Source: Schizosaccharomyces osmophilus
Taxonomy: Eukaryota
Reading direction: 5' to 3'
Length of the DNA: 64,000 nt
Assembly (NCBI RefSeq): GCF_027921745.1
Contig: NC_079240.1
Span: 558,001-622,000, forward strand
Shown: positions 58,992 to 64,000 of the stretch, one piece after another
How the letters are laid out: each line of letters starts with the position of its first letter
Position numbering within the stretch: position 1 is the stretch's first letter
The notes under the pieces: generated by a model
The model's input: only the letters and a program-made list of their open reading frames with translations
Told to the model about the DNA's origin: nothing
Database searches by the model: none
Program-made: the position numbers and the translations under genes

Positions 58992-61047
58992 TTTGATGAA
59001 AAATGATGTTCCAACCTGGTAAACGCTGTGTGAGCTGAATAAAACAAGAGGAAGTCCTTATTTAATTTTGAAAATTCCTTTCTTTAGCGTGAGTAGAAGA
59101 GGGAGCAAAAAGTTCCACTTTTTTTCGTATGGTGTATGGTGGAAATGAATCCAACCTTTCCTAACGGATTGTTACTAGTTGTGAATCCAGCCTGTAACGT
59201 AAATTCACAGATGGTCTTTTTCTAGTCTGACTTGTAAAATAAAAAAAGAAAGAACAAATATAAGAAAGTGTATGTTCCTTACGTTCACTTGGGGTACAGG
59301 TACGGTCGGGATGAACGATGAAAATTTTTTCAAAATATGACAAACATTCCTTTCACTGGTTTCCTCTTCCAATAATCCCGATGTAGTCAGCGATCGTATC
59401 TGAAGCTTTCGTATCAAGAAAAGAATTGACGCTTTTCTCCATTGCTGTTTTCACACCATTGCTTTATTTACTAGTGCAATGTGCTTGAACGTGCTAAATA
59501 GAGCGTAGAATCAATCAAAGAATAGAAGGAATTACTAAGAGGTATCTTGTTTTCTTTCAACTAGCTTTTCTCTTAATTTAATTTAAATTCGATTGTTCTT
59601 TTAATTGTCAATTTATAATTATTATATGAGCATTAGTTAGGATAGCTTTGCTGGCAGGGCTAATATACTTGTTTGATAACATATTCGTCAGTTTTACCGT
59701 ACTGTTATTATATGTATATAAGTGAATTCAGTTAAAGCCACGTATTTAAACTTGGAAAGCAATTACCGTTGTATTCCGTTCACTTCATCCTTGCAGAGTG
59801 CATGCGATGGTATATCGTCTTACAGGAGGTAATGTATGGTCCATAGAATTTTCGTTTGAAACGCTTTCTCATGTCAAACTAATTTTTACTTCGTTCAACT
59901 TCTTCTCTGAAATTTTTTGCATTAGGGATTTTTCTTATTTTTGTTTTATTTTTATTGATTTTGGATTGTTTATTTATTTATATTTTTTACACAGCGTAAC
60001 AGTTTACAGTTCCATATAGCAGATACCGAAGGCTAGTGGTGTTTGTAACAGGAATCCTCTTTTGTCTACGTCAGGACTTAAGCTGTCATCTGCCTACACC
60101 GAGCAATCTAGGACGCGAATGGTTTTCGCTATAACAGTACTATTTCGTTTGTTCAGCTTTAATAGAAATTGTTAAAATAAAGTTGGAATAAAAGCCTTAA
60201 TAACAGCTGTATTCCTTGCTCTAGAGGAGACATTTTTTATTGGTTCTTCTCAACCTTCGTTCTCTCGTTTCATACCCATCATTCTACGTCTTTTTCTTCT
60301 CATTCTTTCGTTGTAAACTTCCCCCCAGCAGTCTCACGATCACAATATTCCTTTGTTCATTTCCTCTTTGCATTTGTCTACTTAAATAAGTTTGTGAGGT
60401 CAAAGTTCTCTTCAACTTTAATCAATCTCGTTAACGAACTTCCGGAAGCGAAACATTACTCCTTTTACATTTCGTTAAACCGGATAAAGAGTTATATCAC
60501 ATTTCATCAAAGGCTTTGCTAAACGAAAAGAAAGTAATCTTGTGAATTACGTCGTTCGATTTCTTTCAGGTGCAGTGAAAAAAAGTTTTCAGCGAAACGT
60601 TCTGCAGCTGATCTTCTTACCATTCACACCTTTTTTCTCCTATTCCTTTTGGGCAGTTTTTGACTTTCCCTGCCTTCTAAACCTTTTTTTTGGTGGGAAA
60701 ATCATCACTTTGTAACTTCATCTTGTATTTCCCCTATTCTACGTCTTTTGTTTCGTTTTGGTACCTTTTTGTTGGCACTGTTTTAAATCTCATTTCCTTA
60801 CATCTCCCTTCGTTTTCTTGTTTATTATTTTTTAACCAAGTTTATTCCCGAATAACCCTATCGCCAGTACAAACCCACTACGACTAGACAAACCTCGTGT
60901 TTTCTCCTATTTATCTTTGGTTAATTAATTGTTTTTAGATAGATTCTTTATTCCCTTGTTTGTGTCTTTCTATTTTCTTTCTCTGTTTTATATCGTTTAC
61001 CATCTTTATTTTTCATTTTTGTCTTTTCTTTTTCCCTAGTTCGTGCC

Positions 61048-64000
61048 ATGGGTGAAGAGTTTCAAAATGACTTTTCTTACAGGGTAAATCCGTTGCTTCA
61101 GGATTCGACCAATTTACAGGCCAGCCCTAATTTAATCAATAATGCTAGTTCTGCTAGTATGAACTCTCGTTTGGGCTCTGCTCAACCGGCTGTCTCTTCC
61201 GGCGCTTCTTCTTCCATGAATCGTCCAACCTGGCTCCCTTTGCAGCAACATATTCATCATTTACGTCATACGAGCCTTTTGCCGGCCGTGGAGTCTTCTT
61301 TTGTTCATGGTCATGGCCATGGTTCTGGTTCTGGTCACCGTCGAAGTGCTAGTGCTGGTATTAATGTGAACACTTCCATGTCCAATTCTTCTTCTTTTTC
61401 TCATCCCTCTTCTGCAAATTTTTACCCTCAAGTGACTCCAACCTCTTCTTTTTATCCTTCTAGCGTCTTTTCCACACCACCATCATCTGCTGATTCTTTC
61501 AATGCTAGTCCTACGGTCTCCTCCAAATATAACTTGGCTCCATCCAACGTCTCTCCCGTATTACCGAACGTTGCTAATAGTCCTCGTCGACATAGTAAAA
61601 GTCACAGTGTAAATACTGTCTCTTCTCCTGCCATGTCATCTTTACCTCCTTTATCCTCACATGCTTTGCCTTCCGTCCCCGTCAAAAACTCTCCTCTGCC
61701 GCCTTTGAATTCCGTTCCTCCCTTGTTGCGCCCTCAACCTCGGAATTTGGATGGTCGGTGGCGCCCTTCGGCATCTCAAAATAACAGTCCCACGCATTCT
61801 ACCAACCCTTCCTTTTCCGGGAACATTGTAAATCAGCCTTCTTCCACTCTTCGTCCTGATGGAGGAGGACACAGACATCGACGGTCTACAGGAAGTTTGA
61901 GCGTCAATTCTTCAATACCATCCTCGAATAACTACCCGGTTGGTGGGCATGGTAATACTCGTAGAAACCTATTTTCTCCTTACCTACCTCAGTCATCAAT
62001 CCCGTCCTTGCTGGCTGAACATCGCTTGATAACCGGCGTGCTGATTGTTAGCAAGAAAAACCGATCTGATGCTTTTGTCCATGTGAACGGTTTAGATGCA
62101 GAAGTTTTCATTTGTGGCTCCAAGGATAGAAATCGTGCTCTGGAAGGAGATGTTGTTGCCGTCGAACTCCTCGATGTTGAAGAGGTATGGGCCGGCAAAC
62201 TTGAAAAAGAAGAAAATCGGCGTCGTAAGGATCCTATTTCCTCTAGGGGTTCTTTAGACAACCTAGGAACTGATTCCGTCCTATTTGAAGTCCCTCAGCG
62301 ATCAGTAATTAAGGCTCGTGATGACGAGCAAGTAGAAGGCCAAACATTATTTCTGCTTGACCAAAAGCAGCTGAGTACTGAAGAAAAGCCCAGGTATGCT
62401 GGCCATGTCGTTGCAGTCTTGCAGCGGGCTCCGGGACAGGTGTTTTCTGGATCTTTGGGCATTTTGCGACCCAGCAGTGCTGCGAACAAAGAAAGACAAG
62501 GTTCTACTAATGCAAGTCAAGGTCCCACAACAGTTTCTGGAGAGAAACCCAAGATTGTCTGGTTCAAGCCTTCGGATAAGCGTGTTCCTTTAATTGCTAT
62601 ACCAACTGAACAAGCACCTTCAGACTTTTTAGAAAATGACCAAAAGTATTCCGATAGCCTCTTTTTAGCTTCTATAAAGCGTTGGCCTGTAACTTCCCTG
62701 CATCCTTTTGGAATGCTCGTAGGTGAGCTTGGTCCAATGAATTATATCGAATCACAAGTGGCTGCGCTCCTTCATGATACAGGTGCTCACACTGAGCCTT
62801 GGGAGGGTTCTGCCGCCGCTTCAGCGTCTTCTTCTTTAGATGCATTATCGAATGACTTTTTAAACAATACGAATCGAAGTGATTATCGCTCGGAAGATGT
62901 CTTTTTGTTCACTGGTCATAAGCGTCATGACAACCCCGTTTACTCGGATAACAACGTTGATGATTTTTCGAATCCCTTTGTTTCTTCTGCTTTTCATATT
63001 CGCCCAACTGGCAATGGCTATCACGTCGGTATTCACATCACAGATGTTTCACGCGTAATTGAACCAGGATCGCCGCTTGACCGTGAATTGCAGCGTCGTG
63101 GTAATACAGTAAGTTTATGTCAACGAACTGTTCCCTTATTTCCACCTGCCTTGGGAGATGCCCTCACGTTAAAAGAAGGTAAAGATTGCTACACAATTTC
63201 GTTATTGTTAGACGTCTCTTCTTCCGGAAAGATCCGGGGCACTTGGGTGGGCTGGGCAGTTATCCATCCTCGAAAGACTTACTCTATGGAAAAGGCGAAT
63301 GAACTTTTGGAAACTGATCCTCGCTTGAAGTTGTTTAATGCTGTTAGTTCTCGTATTCGAGTTCATCATCTCGGCACTGATATTCCTTTGGATCGGTATT
63401 GCAAATTGTTCCGACGATGGGACGAAGAAAGTACCAGCTTTGATCCCAAGCAGACGAATCTTTTTGCGTCATCACCGGTAGAGGTTTTGCGTGAAACTCT
63501 TCTAGATGCCGCTAATCGAGCTGTGGCTGCCCACTTACGAAGAGAATTCCGCGACAACGCATTTTTGAGAGTACAAAAAATGCCAAGCCGTGAAAATTGT
63601 CGAATGTTGCAGAGTATGGCTGTTCAAATGGGTTGTGTATTAGATCTTTCAAGTCCGAAATCATTGCTGCGATCATTATGCTTGATTGATGATGATACAA
63701 TTCGTAACATACTCCAACTTTGCTACTATAAGATCACACCTCGAGCAGTGTACGAAATGCCTAAGTACCGCCCCAATATAACTATGAACATGCTGAATAT
63801 GACATTGGATGATGAGACAGATGATTTGACTCATTTCACTGAACCACTTGATAGATATGCTGATTTAGTTGTACATTATCAGCTGCAATTACTATTACAA
63901 GGAGAAAATGCGTCAGAAAAGCGTCTACGTGTTTGGTCTCAAGCAGCAAATGATATCAGTCGTCGACTTGTGATAAGCAAATTCGCACAAGAAACTAGTG
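61048..64000 (+). CDS. sts5: RNB-family pseudonuclease / RNA-binding protein, Ssd1 ortholog (3' truncated)
   Basis: ATG 61048 MGEEFQND; low-complexity N-terminus with HRRS motifs; RNLFSPYLPQ, NRSDAFV, FICGSKDRNRALEGDVVAVELL, KIVWFKPSDKRVPLIAIP; absent from the ORF track because it has no stop in the window. Confidence 0.94.
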   Translation, partial: MGEEFQNDFSYRVNPLLQDSTNLQASPNLINNASSASMNSRLGSAQPAVSSGASSSMNRPTWLPLQQHIHHLRHTSLLPAVESSFVHGHGHGSGSGHRRSASAGINVNTSMSNSSSFSHPSSANFYPQVTPTSSFYPSSVFSTPPSSADSFNASPTVSSKYNLAPSNVSPVLPNVANSPRRHSKSHSVNTVSSPAMSSLPPLSSHALPSVPVKNSPLPPLNSVPPLLRPQPRNLDGRWRPSASQNNSPTHSTNPSFSGNIVNQPSSTLRPDGGGHRHRRSTGSLSVNSSIPSSNNYPVGGHGNTRRNLFSPYLPQSSIPSLLAEHRLITGVLIVSKKNRSDAFVHVNGLDAEVFICGSKDRNRALEGDVVAVELLDVEEVWAGKLEKEENRRRKDPISSRGSLDNLGTDSVLFEVPQRSVIKARDDEQVEGQTLFLLDQKQLSTEEKPRYAGHVVAVLQRAPGQVFSGSLGILRPSSAANKERQGSTNASQGPTTVSGEKPKIVWFKPSDKRVPLIAIPTEQAPSDFLENDQKYSDSLFLASIKRWPVTSLHPFGMLVGELGPMNYIESQVAALLHDTGAHTEPWEGSAAASASSSLDALSNDFLNNTNRSDYRSEDVFLFTGHKRHDNPVYSDNNVDDFSNPFVSSAFHIRPTGNGYHVGIHITDVSRVIEPGSPLDRELQRRGNTVSLCQRTVPLFPPALGDALTLKEGKDCYTISLLLDVSSSGKIRGTWVGWAVIHPRKTYSMEKANELLETDPRLKLFNAVSSRIRVHHLGTDIPLDRYCKLFRRWDEESTSFDPKQTNLFASSPVEVLRETLLDAANRAVAAHLRREFRDNAFLRVQKMPSRENCRMLQSMAVQMGCVLDLSSPKSLLRSLCLIDDDTIRNILQLCYYKITPRAVYEMPKYRPNITMNMLNMTLDDETDDLTHFTEPLDRYADLVVHYQLQLLLQGENASEKRLRVWSQAANDISRRLVISKFAQETS

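Noticed and set aside
1..64000. tRNA, 5S rRNA, Tf LTR/retrotransposon or CRISPR array
   Set aside because: No matching signatures seen by eye; tRNAscan-SE, Rfam and an LTR library search would be needed to exclude degenerate copies

Overview
Gene-dense, AT-rich fungal DNA with short spliceosomal introns. It comes from a non-pombe Schizosaccharomyces (octosporus/cryophilus/osmophilus-like, inferred from protein divergence). Gene order follows the S. pombe chromosome III SPCC1183-SPCC31H12-SPCC5E4-SPCC16C4 block as I recall it: rrp5 (3' end), rpl101, pmp31, msy1, mug73, Tho1/Mlo1-like, rpl1202, sds21, mug111, sec231, ccr4, taf5, cut1, mgl1, Cir_N gene, smc6, rpl2802, Snm1/Rpp21-like, sif2, hap2, neurochondrin-like, pin1, an orphan, pop23, a TruA pseudouridine synthase, scw1, skb15 and sts5 (5' part). 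I rebuilt exon structures by hand from splice signals. Most notable: (1) an accessory 3.6 kb interval between msy1 and mug73 holding an intact proteobacterial-type glutathione S-transferase (probable horizontal transfer) and a decayed PY-motif/membrane gene resembling a wtf meiotic-driver relic; (2) an orphan with a FLEX (Mei4-type) promoter and a divergent ubiquitin-like domain between sec231 and ccr4; (3) a three-exon orphan that looks like Pex26; (4) a perfect 13-bp palindrome before sif2 and tandem CNYT (Ssd1/Sts5-type) arrays in several leaders. I saw no tRNA, 5S rRNA, CRISPR or intact transposon. All homology calls are from recall, not database searches.
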